Assembly (NCBI GenBank): GCA_963675595.2
Contig: CAXXLZ010000002.1
Location: forward strand, 480,001 to 544,000
Source of the DNA: Thermodesulfobacteriota bacterium
Lineage (GTDB): Bacteria; Desulfobacterota; Desulfarculia; JACQYL01
Length of the DNA: 64,000 bases
Reading direction: 5' to 3'
Below the pieces are notes generated by a model that was given only the letters and a program-made list of their open reading frames with translations, did not search any database and was not told the origin of the DNA. Below are positions 28,786-39,734 of the stretch, one piece after another. The position numbers were made by a program, and so were the translations under genes. Within the stretch, counting starts at the first letter, position 1. The number at the start of each line of letters is the position of its first letter.

Positions 28786-29889
28786 TTACCGGAAGTCGTA
28801 GAACGTGTCGTCCCGGTTGAGCAGTTCCGCGCCGTTCTCCCGAATCACCACCATTTCTTCCAGGCGCACGCCGCCCCACTCGGCCAAATAGATGCCGGGC
28901 TCCACGGTGACCACCATGCCGGCTTTCAACTCCACGGGCTGGACCCGCCTCAAGCTGGGAGCCTCATGGACGGCCAGACCTACGCCATGCCCCAGTGAGT
29001 GCAGGAAGTAGTCCCCGTAGCCTCCCTCTTCGATGACTCGACGCGCCAGGGCATCCACCTCGTCCGTCGTCATGCCGGCCTTCATGTTGCGGATGGCGCT
29101 CAACTGGGCTTCGCGCACCAGTCCGTACACTTCCCGAAACTTTCCGTCGGTCCCCCCCAGACATATGGTTCGCGACATGTCGGAGCAATATTTATCTTTT
29201 TTCGCTCCGATATCAAAGATGACGGGTTCGCCTTCCCGAATTGCACGATCCGTGGGAACTGCGTGAGGGAGGGCGGCGTTGGGTCCCGAAGCCACAATGG
29301 ACTCGAACGCCGGTCCCTGGGCGCCGAGGTCCCGCATGGCGCGTTCGATGTTCAGCGCGGTTTCCATTTCCGTCATGCCCGGTTTGAGAGTCCCCACGAC
29401 CTCCCGAAAGGCGCTCTCAGTGACGCGCAGGGCTCCCACGATCCGATCCAATTCGCCTTCGGTCTTGACCTCCCTGATCGGCTCCACCAGTCCGTCGGTC
29501 TTGACCACTTCCACGCCTTTTTCCGCGAGGGCTTCGGTCAGGCGATCATAGAAGCGAACACTCAGATGCCGGCTCTCGATGCCCAGCCTTTTGGCGTTCA
29601 ACATGGTCACACCCTCTTGAAACACGGGCATCATGTCCGCCGAATAGACCATCACCCGGAAACCGGGGCATTCCCGGAGAGCCTGGGTATGGTATCTTCC
29701 GTCCGTAAGCACCAAAGCATCACGCCGTCCCACCAAGATGAACCCGCTGATCTCCATGATCATGGGGTCTTCCGCTTCAAATCCGCTCACGAAGTACCGA
29801 TTTTCGGGGATGGAAACGAGGAAGGCGTCCAAGTCCGATCCCGCCATGGCCTCACGCAGATTCTCCAACCGTTCGAAAAAAACGTTCAT
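28786..29889 (-). CDS. Xaa-Pro aminopeptidase (M24B)
   Basis: Creatinase-N (TDGRY); metal ligands [30 protein letters not shown]. Confidence 0.93.
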   Translation of the reverse strand: MNVFFERLENLREAMAGSDLDAFLVSIPENRYFVSGFEAEDPMIMEISGFILVGRRDALVLTDGRYHTQALRECPGFRVMVYSADMMPVFQEGVTMLNAKRLGIESRHLSVRFYDRLTEALAEKGVEVVKTDGLVEPIREVKTEGELDRIVGALRVTESAFREVVGTLKPGMTEMETALNIERAMRDLGAQGPAFESIVASGPNAALPHAVPTDRAIREGEPVIFDIGAKKDKYCSDMSRTICLGGTDGKFREVYGLVREAQLSAIRNMKAGMTTDEVDALARRVIEEGGYGDYFLHSLGHGVGLAVHEAPSLRRVQPVELKAGMVVTVEPGIYLAEWGGVRLEEMVVIRENGAELLNRDDTFYDFR

Positions 29890-30046
29890 AAGAAACTCCG
29901 GTTCATGTATGTTGCATCGAGCAGTAAATCGGGACTTGCATTGCATTCGCGGCCCGAACTATGGTTTCGGCTCCACGTTGTCGAAGGAGCCCACAAGCAT
30001 TTCTCGATCCTACGGTTTTATTCTACCGTTCTCATAAAGGATTTTG

Positions 30047-30074
30047 TTGACACGATCAACAAAAGCCTTATCAT
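30047..30074 (+). promoter_or_regulatory. Sigma70-like promoter for hisB
   Basis: TTGACA-N16-TATCAT; the -10 overlaps ATG 30073, favouring the downstream GTG 30103 start. Confidence 0.5.
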
Positions 30075-30711
30075 GGAAAGTATCAACCATCAGGTACCGC
30101 TCGTGACAGAATCGCCGAATATTCCCAAAAGATATGCCGAGGTTTCCCGAAAAACACGGGAGACGGAAATCCAGGTTTCCATCCTCGTGGACGGGACCGG
30201 TTTTTCGGAAATCCGTACAGGCCTGCCTTTCATGGATCATATGTTGACCCTGACGGCCTCCCACGGTTTATTGGACTTGAAGGTCCACGCCCGCGGCGAC
30301 GTGGAAGTGGATTATCATCACACCCTCGAAGACACCGGAATCTGTCTTGGACAGGCGCTGAAACAGGCCCTGGGGGACTGTCGAGGCATCGTGCGGTACG
30401 GCCATGCCGTGGTCCCCATGGACGAGACTCTGGTGAGCGTGACGCTGGACGTCAGCAACCGATCTTATCTGGCGTTCAATTTGGCCCCCGTTCAGGGAGC
30501 CTACATGGATTTCGACGTACAGGTGATCAAGGAATTCATGCGCGCCTTTGCTTTTAACGGAGGGTTGACCCTGCACGTCAATCTGCTCTACGGGGAAAAC
30601 ACTCACCACATTTATGAAGCCTGTTTCAAGGCCTTGGGGAGGGCCCTGAGGCAGGCGGCTTCCTTTGATGATCGCAATCCGGGGATTCCCTCCACCAAGG
30701 GAGTCCTGTAG
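30073..30711 (+). CDS. hisB: Imidazoleglycerol-phosphate dehydratase
   Basis: RKTRET, FMDHML, DYHHTLED, PMDE, NTHHIYEACFKA, PSTKGVL; start ATG 30073 or GTG 30103. Confidence 0.96.
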   Translation: MESINHQVPLVTESPNIPKRYAEVSRKTRETEIQVSILVDGTGFSEIRTGLPFMDHMLTLTASHGLLDLKVHARGDVEVDYHHTLEDTGICLGQALKQALGDCRGIVRYGHAVVPMDETLVSVTLDVSNRSYLAFNLAPVQGAYMDFDVQVIKEFMRAFAFNGGLTLHVNLLYGENTHHIYEACFKALGRALRQAASFDDRNPGIPSTKGVL

Positions 30712-30861
30712 CGGCCCGTCGAAATCCGTAACCGCCGGTCGTAACGGCATGAGAGATCCCCTTCGCGCGGGGCGCTCCATGTCGGTCGAATCCGAGTCCG
30801 GGTTTCCGTCGTCGTCGACTGTTCTGGGGATCGACTCACTGAAGAAGAGAGAAGGGAACTC

Positions 30862-31560
30862 ATGTCCGCTACCAAATATCGGCAACGAATCCTGTCGGCC
30901 GTCGTCCTGATGGCCGTGCTTGCGGCCTGCGCCGCCCCGCGACTCGAGACGGAAAACCTCGATCCCATGGAGACCGTGAGTAGTTTTGCGGTGTTGCCTT
31001 ATCACGTCATCGCTCCCCCGGCCGGTGAGCAAGTGGCGCGCGCCTATTTCGGTGGGGCCACCTATCTATCCGCGCCGATTCAGGAAGGGGCTGCGCCCTA
31101 TTTGGACGACCTGCTTCGCAAACACCTCGTCGGCAAACCGGGCATCGTCTACATTACTCGTCCGGTGGGCGAAGAGATTTACAGGTCGCCGGGGCCCGAC
31201 GGCACGGCGGAAGAGCGCCGAATCTTTCTGGACAAGGTAGGCCGGACCTCGGGCGCGGACGCCATGCTGGCGGGGTTCGTGTATGCGTTCGAGGACAAGA
31301 AAGGCAGCGCTCTGGGCGTAGACCGGCCGGCATACGTAGCCTTCGATCTCTACATCATTCGATTGGCGGACGGTCGGATTCTCTGGAGAAACTCCTTCGC
31401 CCGCCGACAGAAGGATTTGACCCAAAGCATTCTCGAAGCCAAAGAGTTTTTCAAAGCCGGAGCCAAATGGCTGACGGCCGAACAACTGGCCTCTTTGGGC
31501 TTCGAGGAGATGATGAGTACCTTCCCGGTCCTGGGAAGCACGCCGGAGGCGACGCAATGA
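30862..31560 (+). CDS. Lipoprotein, CsgG/LpoB-like fold probable
   Basis: Lipobox LAAC; FAVLPY, GADAMLAGFV, DGRILW; stop overlaps hisA start (ATGA). Confidence 0.8.
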   Translation: MSATKYRQRILSAVVLMAVLAACAAPRLETENLDPMETVSSFAVLPYHVIAPPAGEQVARAYFGGATYLSAPIQEGAAPYLDDLLRKHLVGKPGIVYITRPVGEEIYRSPGPDGTAEERRIFLDKVGRTSGADAMLAGFVYAFEDKKGSALGVDRPAYVAFDLYIIRLADGRILWRNSFARRQKDLTQSILEAKEFFKAGAKWLTAEQLASLGFEEMMSTFPVLGSTPEATQ

Positions 31561-32297
31561 TCATCATTCCGGCCGTGGACATCAAGAACGGCAAATGTGT
31601 CCGCCTCTTTCAGGGCGATTTCGGAAAAGAAACGGTTTTTTCCGACCGACCGGCGGACATGGCGATACGGTGGGAACGGGAGGGTGCCGGCCGCCTCCAT
31701 GTGGTGGACCTGGACGGAGCGGTGGGCCGGAGCCCTCAAAATCGATCGGCCGTTGAAGATATTCTCAAATCGATTTCCATTCCGGTTCAACTCGGAGGCG
31801 GCGTTCGAGAACTGTCCACCATCGAGGCGTACCTGGATTTGGGGATCAACCAGGTGATTCTTGGAACCGCAGCCCAACAGAATCCCGCACTGCTGAAAGA
31901 CGCGTGCGCTCGTTTTCCCGGCCGCATCGTGGCGGGCATAGACGCCCGTAACGGAAAGGTGGCGGTTCAGGGATGGACGGAAACCACCGGGGATGATCCC
32001 TACGAGTTGGCCGCAAGAATGGAACAGGCGGGCGCCGCCGCGGTAATCTTTACGGACATCAACCGGGACGGAATGCGCACGGGCCCCAACATTGAGAGCA
32101 CATTGCGCATGTGCCGAACGGTGAAGATTCCGGTGATCTGCGCGGGAGGCGTCACTCGCCTCGACGATATCAAGGCCTTGCTTCCTTTGGCCTCCGAAGG
32201 GCTTGCGGGCGCCATCACGGGCCGAGCAATCTACGAGGGCACTTTGAATTTGGCGGAAGCCGCTGCGCTGTTGCGAGGAGAATCTGGTTCCGTTTGA
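31557..32297 (+). CDS. hisA: ProFAR isomerase
   Basis: MIIIPAVDIKNGKCVRL, HVVDLDGA, QLGGGVR, TDINRDG, AGG, GRAIY. Confidence 0.96.
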   Translation: MIIIPAVDIKNGKCVRLFQGDFGKETVFSDRPADMAIRWEREGAGRLHVVDLDGAVGRSPQNRSAVEDILKSISIPVQLGGGVRELSTIEAYLDLGINQVILGTAAQQNPALLKDACARFPGRIVAGIDARNGKVAVQGWTETTGDDPYELAARMEQAGAAAVIFTDINRDGMRTGPNIESTLRMCRTVKIPVICAGGVTRLDDIKALLPLASEGLAGAITGRAIYEGTLNLAEAAALLRGESGSV

Positions 32298-32350
32298 GGG
32301 AAGGGCAGCCGGCGCCCGGCGAACATGTCGGCATTTTTGAGAAGTATAGC

Positions 32351-32380
32351 TTGACATGCAATCGGGAATATCGTAATAAT
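32351..32380 (+). promoter_or_regulatory. Sigma70-like promoter of the rpsU operon
   Basis: TTGACA-N17-TAATAAT upstream of rpsU. Confidence 0.6.
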
Positions 32381-32426
32381 CTCTATTTCCGATGCTTACA
32401 CCTTATTGGGAGGGAGTGATTTTTTC

Positions 32427-32624
32427 ATGCCGGGCGTCCGGGTAAAGGAAGGCGAACCTTTTGAACTCGCCATGAGGCGCTTCAAGAAACAGTGCGAAAA
32501 AGCGGGGATTCTCTCGGAGATCAGAAAGCGCGAGCACTACGAGAAGCCCAGTATCAAGAAGAAGCGCAAAGCGCTCGCGGCCAAGAAACGCGCCATGAAG
32601 CGTATGAGACGAATGCACGGGTAA
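32427..32624 (+). CDS. rpsU: 30S ribosomal protein S21
   Basis: [26 protein letters not shown]. Confidence 0.97.
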   Translation: MPGVRVKEGEPFELAMRRFKKQCEKAGILSEIRKREHYEKPSIKKKRKALAAKKRAMKRMRRMHG

Positions 32625-32631
32625 TTATCCC

Positions 32632-33078
32632 ATGAGCCTCTCGCAAACCCTGGATACGGCCTTCAAGGAATCCATGAAATCAAAGGATTCCCTGAAGGTT
32701 TCCGTTCTCAGGATGATTCGCACCGCCGTCAAGAACAAAGAGGTGGAACTTCGGCGGTCACTCGACGACGATGAAATACTGAAGGTTCTTTCCACCCAGG
32801 CGAAGCAACGAAAAGAAGCCATTGAGCAGTTTCTGGCGGGGAACCGCCATGATTTGGCCGAGAAAGAACAAGCCGAGCTGAAGATTCTCCATGAGTTTTT
32901 GCCGCAGGCCCTCTCCAGGGAGGAAATGGAACGGGAGCTGGACGACCTCATTTCCGCTCTGGCGCCCGTGGGCCCCAAGGACATGGGGAAAGTGATGAAG
33001 GAGGCCATGCGCCGTTTCGCCGGACGAGCCGACGGCAAGGAAGTGAACGAACTGGTGCGGTCAAAGCTCGCCGGTTAA
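32632..33078 (+). CDS. GatB/YqeY domain protein
   Basis: AMK/SMK-like start, KQRKEAIEQF, FLPQAL, DMGKVM, GRADGK. Confidence 0.93.
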   Translation: MSLSQTLDTAFKESMKSKDSLKVSVLRMIRTAVKNKEVELRRSLDDDEILKVLSTQAKQRKEAIEQFLAGNRHDLAEKEQAELKILHEFLPQALSREEMERELDDLISALAPVGPKDMGKVMKEAMRRFAGRADGKEVNELVRSKLAG

Positions 33079-33388
33079 CCTATTTTGCTCTCGAAGCCCG
33101 GGAATCAAGTGTCTGATTCATCGCTCATGACAATCGGGACCTTCGATCCGTCAGACTATTCCCCCATCCGCGATCCCTTCGGTGAAAACCGTCACCGGAC
33201 GCACCATACCGTTTCGTTCCGAGCGATTCATCAAAACCCGTCCAATCCGGCAGGAGGGTGAGTGCGTTTTTCCCGGGCAATGGATATGTTGTTCATATTC
33301 GCAGCGAAACCGGGTGATCCCCGCCCGAGCATTCCCAGCTTGAAGGAGGACGCTTCCCGGGTCGAATCGTGTCGACCGGGGGCTTTCT

Positions 33389-35761
33389 ATGGATGATCAA
33401 ACCCTGGAGGTCCTTGAATACACCGCCCTGTTGAGGCACCTTGCCTCATTTGCCTCCACAGAGGTGGGACGGGAACGTTGTCTGGACCTCAAACCCTCTT
33501 CCGACGCCGAAAAGATTCGGCTTCTCCTCAGAGAAGTCACTGAAGCCGGCGATCTCATGGACCGGGGATCATCGTCTCCTCTGAGTTCTTTCGAAGAGGT
33601 GCGTCCGTTGCTCGAATACGCGGCGGTCCAGGGAACGATTCTCGAAGGAACCGAACTCACGGACTTGTTGTCCTTTCTCCGAGTCTCCGAATCCGCCCGC
33701 GCCTTCTTCTCCGATCAGGACATACGATACCCCCTGCTCTGTTCCCACGCGTATCGTCTGACACCCCAGGATGAGCTTCTGAATCGTATCGTCAAAGCCG
33801 TGGCGCCCGATGGGACGCTTCGAGACGACGCCAGTCCCGAGCTCTTACGAATCCGACGCAGGCTTCAACAGGAAAAGCGCACCGTGCTCCAACGCATGGA
33901 AGGGCTCCTGGGAAGAAACGATCTCAAGGAAGTCTGGCAGGACAAGGTCATCACTTTCCGCAACGACCGTTTTGTTGTTGCGGTCAAGTCCGGAGCGAGG
34001 CACGCTCTCCCGGGAATCATTCACGACATCTCCCAAAGTAAGGCCACGTGTTTCGTCGAGCCGGCGGAAGTGGTGGACCTGAACAACGAGCTCAGTCTTT
34101 TGGGGCGGATGGAGAAGGACGAAGTACGGCGGATCCTTGCGGAGCTCACCTCCGTGGTAAGGGAGGAACTCCCTCTTCTTCATGAAAACCTTGAGGTGGT
34201 GGCCGACATTGATCTCATTTGGTCCAAGGCCCGCATGAGTCGCTTCTTGGACGCCGTCGAGCCGGAGCTCGGAGAGGAAGGCCCCACATTTCACGATGCG
34301 GTCCACCCCCTGCTCTACTTTCGCTGGAAAAAGGGTAAAGGTCCCACGCCGAAACCCATTTATCTTTCTTTTCCGGACGACACCCGCGTCCTGGTGATCT
34401 CGGGTGCCAACATGGGCGGAAAAACTGCGGCCCTCAAGACGCTGGGGCTGCTCAGCCTCATGGCTCAGTCCGGCATGCACGTTCCCTGTCGAGAACCCGC
34501 CCGAGCGGTGGTCTTCGACCGAATTTTCGCGGTAATCGGCGATGAACAGGACCTGGTTCACGACCTGAGCACCTTTTCGTCCCAGATGAAAAGAATTATG
34601 ACCATCTTCAGCCGGGTGAACGAGCGTTCCCTGGTTCTTCTGGACGAGGTGTGCACCAATACGGACCCTGTGGAAGGCGGAGCCTTGGCCCTGGCCTTCC
34701 TGGACCGGCTGGGTCGAATGAAATGCAGGACCGTTGTGACGACGCATTACGGAAGTCTCAAGGCGTACGCCGTCACCAACGATCAGGCAATGAATGTTTC
34801 CGTGGAAACGGATGCCGAGACGCATCACCCCGCGTACACACTGAAATACGGGGTCCCGGGCGTAAGCAACGCGCTCGCCGTGGCGAGCCTTCTGGGCATG
34901 GACCGGGAGTTGATTCGAAAAGCCGAGGGGTTCTTGTCCCCGGCCGATCGGGAGGCTCTTAATCTGATTCAGGACCTGGATCGAACTCACAGCCGCCTGA
35001 AGGAAGAGGAGCGACGCGCCGCTCGAACGGCGGAGGAGCTGGAGCGGGCCAAGGCGGCCTACGAAGGGATGAATCGAGAGCTCCAGGCCGAAAGACAAAG
35101 AATTTTGGACGAGGAACGGCGGTCGGCCCAAGAGGTGGTCCGAAGGGCGGAGCAGAACTTCAGGAGGATTCTCCGTGAGGCCCGGAAACTTCGTCAAACG
35201 CCCAAACCGCAGGAAGAGCATCGACTGCATGCGGAAATAAAAGAAATCCGCAGAGAGGTCATCGGTAAGCTCACCCCTCCGGCGCCGAGATCGTACACAC
35301 CGCCGCCGGCGACGGCGAAACCCGGAGACCTGGTGCGATTGCGCGGATCGAACCAAGTCGGCGTGTTGATGAGTCTGGGAGGCAACGGCGAAGACGCCCA
35401 GGTCATGGTTAAAGGTATCAAGGTCAAGACTCGCAGCGATAAGCTCGAGTTCGTCCAAGCCGTCGTGGCGCCGGCTTCCGCGGAACATCGCGTGGACCTT
35501 CGTCCCTTCCCTCACCCTTCCCGCGAAGTCAAGGTCGTGGGCATGAGGGTGGAAGATGCGCTGGACGTTGTGGACAAGAGCATTGATGAGGCCGTCCTGT
35601 CCGGAGTGGGAGAAATCGAACTCGTACACGGCATTGGCACGGGGCGGTTGAAAGCCGCAATCAGCGGCTTTTTGAAAGATCATAGTGCGGTGAGGGGATT
35701 TCATCACAAAGACCCTCACAAGGGCGGTCAGGGAGTCACGGTGGTCGAGTTGTCGGCCTGA
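33389..35761 (+). CDS. mutS2: MutS2 with C-terminal Smr domain
   Basis: ISGANMGGKT Walker A, IGDEQ, LSTFS, LLDE, TTHY, Smr HGIGTG...GG.GVT. Confidence 0.95.
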   Translation: MDDQTLEVLEYTALLRHLASFASTEVGRERCLDLKPSSDAEKIRLLLREVTEAGDLMDRGSSSPLSSFEEVRPLLEYAAVQGTILEGTELTDLLSFLRVSESARAFFSDQDIRYPLLCSHAYRLTPQDELLNRIVKAVAPDGTLRDDASPELLRIRRRLQQEKRTVLQRMEGLLGRNDLKEVWQDKVITFRNDRFVVAVKSGARHALPGIIHDISQSKATCFVEPAEVVDLNNELSLLGRMEKDEVRRILAELTSVVREELPLLHENLEVVADIDLIWSKARMSRFLDAVEPELGEEGPTFHDAVHPLLYFRWKKGKGPTPKPIYLSFPDDTRVLVISGANMGGKTAALKTLGLLSLMAQSGMHVPCREPARAVVFDRIFAVIGDEQDLVHDLSTFSSQMKRIMTIFSRVNERSLVLLDEVCTNTDPVEGGALALAFLDRLGRMKCRTVVTTHYGSLKAYAVTNDQAMNVSVETDAETHHPAYTLKYGVPGVSNALAVASLLGMDRELIRKAEGFLSPADREALNLIQDLDRTHSRLKEEERRAARTAEELERAKAAYEGMNRELQAERQRILDEERRSAQEVVRRAEQNFRRILREARKLRQTPKPQEEHRLHAEIKEIRREVIGKLTPPAPRSYTPPPATAKPGDLVRLRGSNQVGVLMSLGGNGEDAQVMVKGIKVKTRSDKLEFVQAVVAPASAEHRVDLRPFPHPSREVKVVGMRVEDALDVVDKSIDEAVLSGVGEIELVHGIGTGRLKAAISGFLKDHSAVRGFHHKDPHKGGQGVTVVELSA

Positions 35762-35780
35762 ACAAGGAGTCCGGCGCAGG

Positions 35781-37544
35781 ATGAGTTCGGAAGCGGCTTT
35801 GGAACAGATCAGGCGGGCGGCGGACATCGTGGAGGTTATCTCCTCCGTGGTTCCCCTGAAAAAATTGGGGGCTTACTTCCGCGCGCCATGTCCCTTCCAT
35901 AAGGACTCGAACCCGTCCTTCACGGTGAATCCCACGACCCAGACCTTCTATTGCTTCGGCTGCCAGGAGGGGGGAGACGTCTTTTCCTTCTACATGAAGT
36001 ATCATAACCTGGGATTTCCGGAAACCGTCCGGGAACTGGCGGCGAAATTCGGCGTGAGCCTGTCCCGGGATTGGGGAGCAAGAAGCCGTGACCCCAAAGA
36101 GGACGCCCTGAAGGAGCGACTTTACGAACTGAACGAACAGGCCGCCGCTTATTACCATCGGACACTGCTCCATCCCGAAAGAGGCGGAAAGGCCCTCGAA
36201 TACCTGAAGCGGAGAGGAATCGACACCGAGATCATCCGAAAATTCAGGCTCGGGTATGCCCCGGCAGGCTGGACGAATTTGATAAACTTTTTCAGGGGAA
36301 AACGAGTCTCAGTCAAAGATTGCGAAACGGCGGGTTTGGTGATTCCCGGAAAGAACGGGAGCCACTACGATCGGTTCCGTGATCGAATCATCTTCCCCAT
36401 TATGGATACTCGGCATCGGGTGATGGGCCTGGGGGGGAGAGTGCTTGACCAAAGCCTTCCCAAGTATCTGAATTCGCCGGAAACTCCCATCTATCATAAA
36501 GGACGGGTCCTGTACGGGCTCCATACGGGGCTCGACGAGGGACGGCGAGCGGGCAAGACCCTTCTGGTCGAAGGATACATGGACTTGTTGGCTCTTTACG
36601 CCCACGGCGTCGGGAACGTGTTGGCCTCGTTGGGCACGGCGCTCACCCGAGATCAGGTCCGTCTCATGAAGCGCACGGGCGGGGCCGTGGTGGTGGCTTT
36701 TGATTCGGATGAGGCGGGCAGGAAAGCCGCCTTCAAAGCCGCGCCGCTGCTTCTCGAAGAAGGCGTGGCGTCCTACGCCGTCCAATTTGCCTCAGGCGAG
36801 GATCCCGACGACTACGTGCGCCGTGAGGGCGGGGATGCGGTGCGCACCCTGTTGGATGAGGCTCCCCCACTGGTGGACTTCTGTCTGGACTGGATATTGC
36901 GGAAACCCGTGCGGACCGCTTCCGACAAAGAATCCGCCCTGACCGAAGCCGCCCCTCTCGTTCGGGCGATTCCAAGCGAAATCGTCCGGCTCGAGGCCGT
37001 GCGTAAACTCTCCTCCGCTCTCCATCTGGACGAGGGGATCGTTTCGAGGACGGTCCAATCGTCGAGCAAGGCTTCGCTCAAGGAGCTTCCCAAGGGGCTG
37101 GTGCACGACGTCACCGTGAGAATGGAGGAACACCTGCTGGGTTTCCTGCTTCGGAACCCCGGCTTCATTCCAACTTTCATCAAAGACGAGTGCGTCGCCG
37201 AATTTGAGAGTGAGCACATAAAATCACTCGCCGTTTCTCTATTTGAGATTTTTGAGGATTCCGGGACTTCGGACACCGCCGTGCTCTTTTCCAGGTGCTC
37301 CGAGCCCCGAATGCAGAGTTTCATCGCCCGCCTCCTTACTGAGGAGCATCCGGAGGAAGCCGAAAACGCAGAAAAGATCGCCTTGGACTTCAGCAGAACG
37401 TATCGACGCCGAAGACTCCGAAGGCGGGAAGAGCGGCTGACCCAGCGAATCCAGGAAGCGGAGCAAACCAATAACATCGATCTCTTGCGTTCCCTGCTGA
37501 GGGAGCAACAAGAGCTGGTGTCACTAAGAACCCAAACGATTTAG
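35781..37544 (+). CDS. dnaG: DNA primase
   Basis: CPFH...CFGC Zn finger, [34 protein letters not shown]. Confidence 0.97.
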   Translation: MSSEAALEQIRRAADIVEVISSVVPLKKLGAYFRAPCPFHKDSNPSFTVNPTTQTFYCFGCQEGGDVFSFYMKYHNLGFPETVRELAAKFGVSLSRDWGARSRDPKEDALKERLYELNEQAAAYYHRTLLHPERGGKALEYLKRRGIDTEIIRKFRLGYAPAGWTNLINFFRGKRVSVKDCETAGLVIPGKNGSHYDRFRDRIIFPIMDTRHRVMGLGGRVLDQSLPKYLNSPETPIYHKGRVLYGLHTGLDEGRRAGKTLLVEGYMDLLALYAHGVGNVLASLGTALTRDQVRLMKRTGGAVVVAFDSDEAGRKAAFKAAPLLLEEGVASYAVQFASGEDPDDYVRREGGDAVRTLLDEAPPLVDFCLDWILRKPVRTASDKESALTEAAPLVRAIPSEIVRLEAVRKLSSALHLDEGIVSRTVQSSSKASLKELPKGLVHDVTVRMEEHLLGFLLRNPGFIPTFIKDECVAEFESEHIKSLAVSLFEIFEDSGTSDTAVLFSRCSEPRMQSFIARLLTEEHPEEAENAEKIALDFSRTYRRRRLRRREERLTQRIQEAEQTNNIDLLRSLLREQQELVSLRTQTI

Positions 37545-37558
37545 CCGGGGTACCGTGT

Positions 37559-39364
37559 ATGTCCAAGACAAACATGGATGAACTCAAGCGTTTGATTTCC
37601 ATGGGCAAAGAGAAGGGCTACATTACCTACGAGGAATTGAACGATTCCTTGCCCGAACACATCGTCTCGTCCGATCAAATCGACGACATGCTGATGATGT
37701 TCGACGAACTCGACATCCAGGTAGTGGACAATCCTCAACATTTCAAAGTCAAAACCACCAAGAAGGATGAGCCGCAGGAGCAGGAGGTCGAAGAACCATC
37801 CGAACCCAAGAGCTCGACCGATTTGTTGGAACCCGCAGGCAAGGTGTCCGACCCGGTAAAGATGTATCTCCGGGAAATGGGCATGGTTTCCCTGCTCACC
37901 CGCGAAGGCGAAGTGGAAATCGCCAAACGGATTGAAAAGGGACAGAAGATGGTTCTTGAGACCATCTTCACCAGTTGGCTTGGTTTGAACGAGCTCCGAG
38001 TCACCCGTGACCAGCTTCTTAGGGAAGAAATCAAGCCCAAAGAAGTCATTACGGGTATTGACGACGACGAAGACCCATACTCGGAAGCGGAAACCAAGCT
38101 GCGCCAGGACCTTCTGGAACGTCTCGACCGGGTGATGGCCATCGCTTCGGAGTACGAACAGCTCTACACCAAGCAGGACTTCCCGGATCCTTTGGGTTAT
38201 CTGAAATCCGACGATGCCTCCTGCGTGGAACCGGAAACGGACGACGACGATTTCTCCTGCGAAGAACTCGAGGCGTGTAATCAAAGGATATTGGAAGCGC
38301 TGGCCGACCTTAAATTCGACAATAAGCCCGTGCAACGTATTTCCGATGTATTCCGGGCGGAGGTGGAAAAGCTGAGAAAAGCGGAACGCGGGGTTCGAGG
38401 TTGCTGCGAACGATCCGGACGTTCCATCAGCAGCCTCGAAGAAAACGCTCCGGGCAACGGCGATAAGCTGGTCAACTATTGTGAATCCATGGGGATTTCC
38501 CAAACCGAGTTGCGGGAGGTGTGCGAGATTTTCTCGACTCATCGAGAAGTCATCGAAGAAATCCAGTCCCGGTGTCGAACCAGCGCGACGGAACTGAAAC
38601 AGAACTACCGGAGAATCCTGCGAGGCCAGGAGATCGCCAACAACGCCAAGCGCGAGTTGGTGGAAGCGAACCTCAGGCTGGTGGTCAGCATTGCCAAGAA
38701 ATATACCAACCGCGGTCTTCAGTTTCTGGACTTGATCCAGGAAGGCAATATCGGACTCATGAAGGCCGTGGACAAATTCGAATATCAGCGGGGCTACAAG
38801 TTCAGCACCTATGCCACTTGGTGGATACGTCAGGCCATTACCCGGGCCATTGCCGACCAGGCCCGGACCATTCGTATTCCGGTGCACATGATCGAAACCA
38901 TCAACAAGTTGGTGCGGACTTCCAGATACCTGGTCCAGGAATACGGCAGAGAACCTTCTCCTGAGGAGATTGCCGAGAAGATGGAGTTCTCTTTGGATAA
39001 GGTTCGAAAGGTTCTGAAAATCGCCAAGGAACCCATCAGCCTGGAGACTCCCATCGGGGAGGAGGAAGACAGCCATCTCGGCGACTTCATCGAAGACAAG
39101 AAAGTCATGTCCCCGTCGGAAGCGGTGATCAACCTCGACCTCAGCGAACAAACCCGTAAGGTACTGGCAACATTGACGCCGAGGGAGGAAAAGGTGCTGA
39201 GAAAGCGTTTCGGCATCGGCGAAAAGGCGGATCATACCTTGGAAGAGGTGGGCAAGGTCTTCGATGTCACGAGAGAGCGCATTCGTCAGATCGAGGCCAA
39301 GGCGTTACGCAAGCTCAGGCACCCCAGCCGGGCGCGTAAGCTCAAGGCGTTTGTTGAGAGCTGA
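37559..39364 (+). CDS. rpoD: Primary sigma factor RpoD
   Basis: Region 1.1, [45 protein letters not shown]. Confidence 0.98.
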   Translation: MSKTNMDELKRLISMGKEKGYITYEELNDSLPEHIVSSDQIDDMLMMFDELDIQVVDNPQHFKVKTTKKDEPQEQEVEEPSEPKSSTDLLEPAGKVSDPVKMYLREMGMVSLLTREGEVEIAKRIEKGQKMVLETIFTSWLGLNELRVTRDQLLREEIKPKEVITGIDDDEDPYSEAETKLRQDLLERLDRVMAIASEYEQLYTKQDFPDPLGYLKSDDASCVEPETDDDDFSCEELEACNQRILEALADLKFDNKPVQRISDVFRAEVEKLRKAERGVRGCCERSGRSISSLEENAPGNGDKLVNYCESMGISQTELREVCEIFSTHREVIEEIQSRCRTSATELKQNYRRILRGQEIANNAKRELVEANLRLVVSIAKKYTNRGLQFLDLIQEGNIGLMKAVDKFEYQRGYKFSTYATWWIRQAITRAIADQARTIRIPVHMIETINKLVRTSRYLVQEYGREPSPEEIAEKMEFSLDKVRKVLKIAKEPISLETPIGEEEDSHLGDFIEDKKVMSPSEAVINLDLSEQTRKVLATLTPREEKVLRKRFGIGEKADHTLEEVGKVFDVTRERIRQIEAKALRKLRHPSRARKLKAFVES

Positions 39365-39401
39365 GGATACGGCGCCGCTTTGCGGCCGGCCGTACATCAC
39401 A

Positions 39402-39426
39402 GGGGCCGAACGGCCCCGTATTCTTT
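39402..39426 (+). terminator. Probable terminator after rpoD
   Basis: GGGGCC-GAAC-GGCCCC followed by GTATTCTTT. Confidence 0.5.
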
Positions 39427-39507
39427 AACCGGGATCATACATGGTCGGTTTGTCCTGCACCGACCCCGGCGAACGGATCGACCGGCCGGATTCTTCCGGC
39501 TTTGGGC

Positions 39508-39537
39508 TTGACAGCGTTCGAGGACAGATCCTATGGT
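39508..39537 (+). promoter_or_regulatory. Sigma70-like promoter of the tRNA
   Basis: TTGACA-N18-TATGGT. Confidence 0.55.
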
Positions 39538-39553
39538 TTGGACAAGCAAGTCA

Positions 39554-39626
39554 GGGCCCATAGCTCAGTTGGCAGAGCCACCGGCTCATAACCGGAAGGT
39601 CCCAGGTTCGACCCCTGGTGGGCCCA
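39554..39626 (+). tRNA. tRNA with CAT anticodon (probably tRNA-Ile2; elongator Met not excluded); CCA not encoded
   Basis: GGGCCCA/TGGGCCC acceptor stem, TAGCTCAGTTGG D-arm, CCGG-CTCATAA-CCGG anticodon arm, GGTTCGA T-loop; paired first base excludes initiator. Confidence 0.93.
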
Positions 39627-39734
39627 TTAGTAGTCGAAACGCTTTGGAAAACGACATTGTTCATACAACGATCCCGAACCCATGAGGGCGCCCGAACCAG
39701 GTTTCGCCCTCATGGTCATTTCTGACAGGGAGAA

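Noticed and set aside
28999-30072. Apparent 570-aa HisB fusion
   Set aside because: The extension is antisense to the M24 peptidase; HisB homology starts near 30130 and a promoter lies at 30047.
39554-39630. tRNA as an integration site
   Set aside because: No duplicated 3' end or integrase nearby; flanks are housekeeping genes. Lack of encoded CCA is common.
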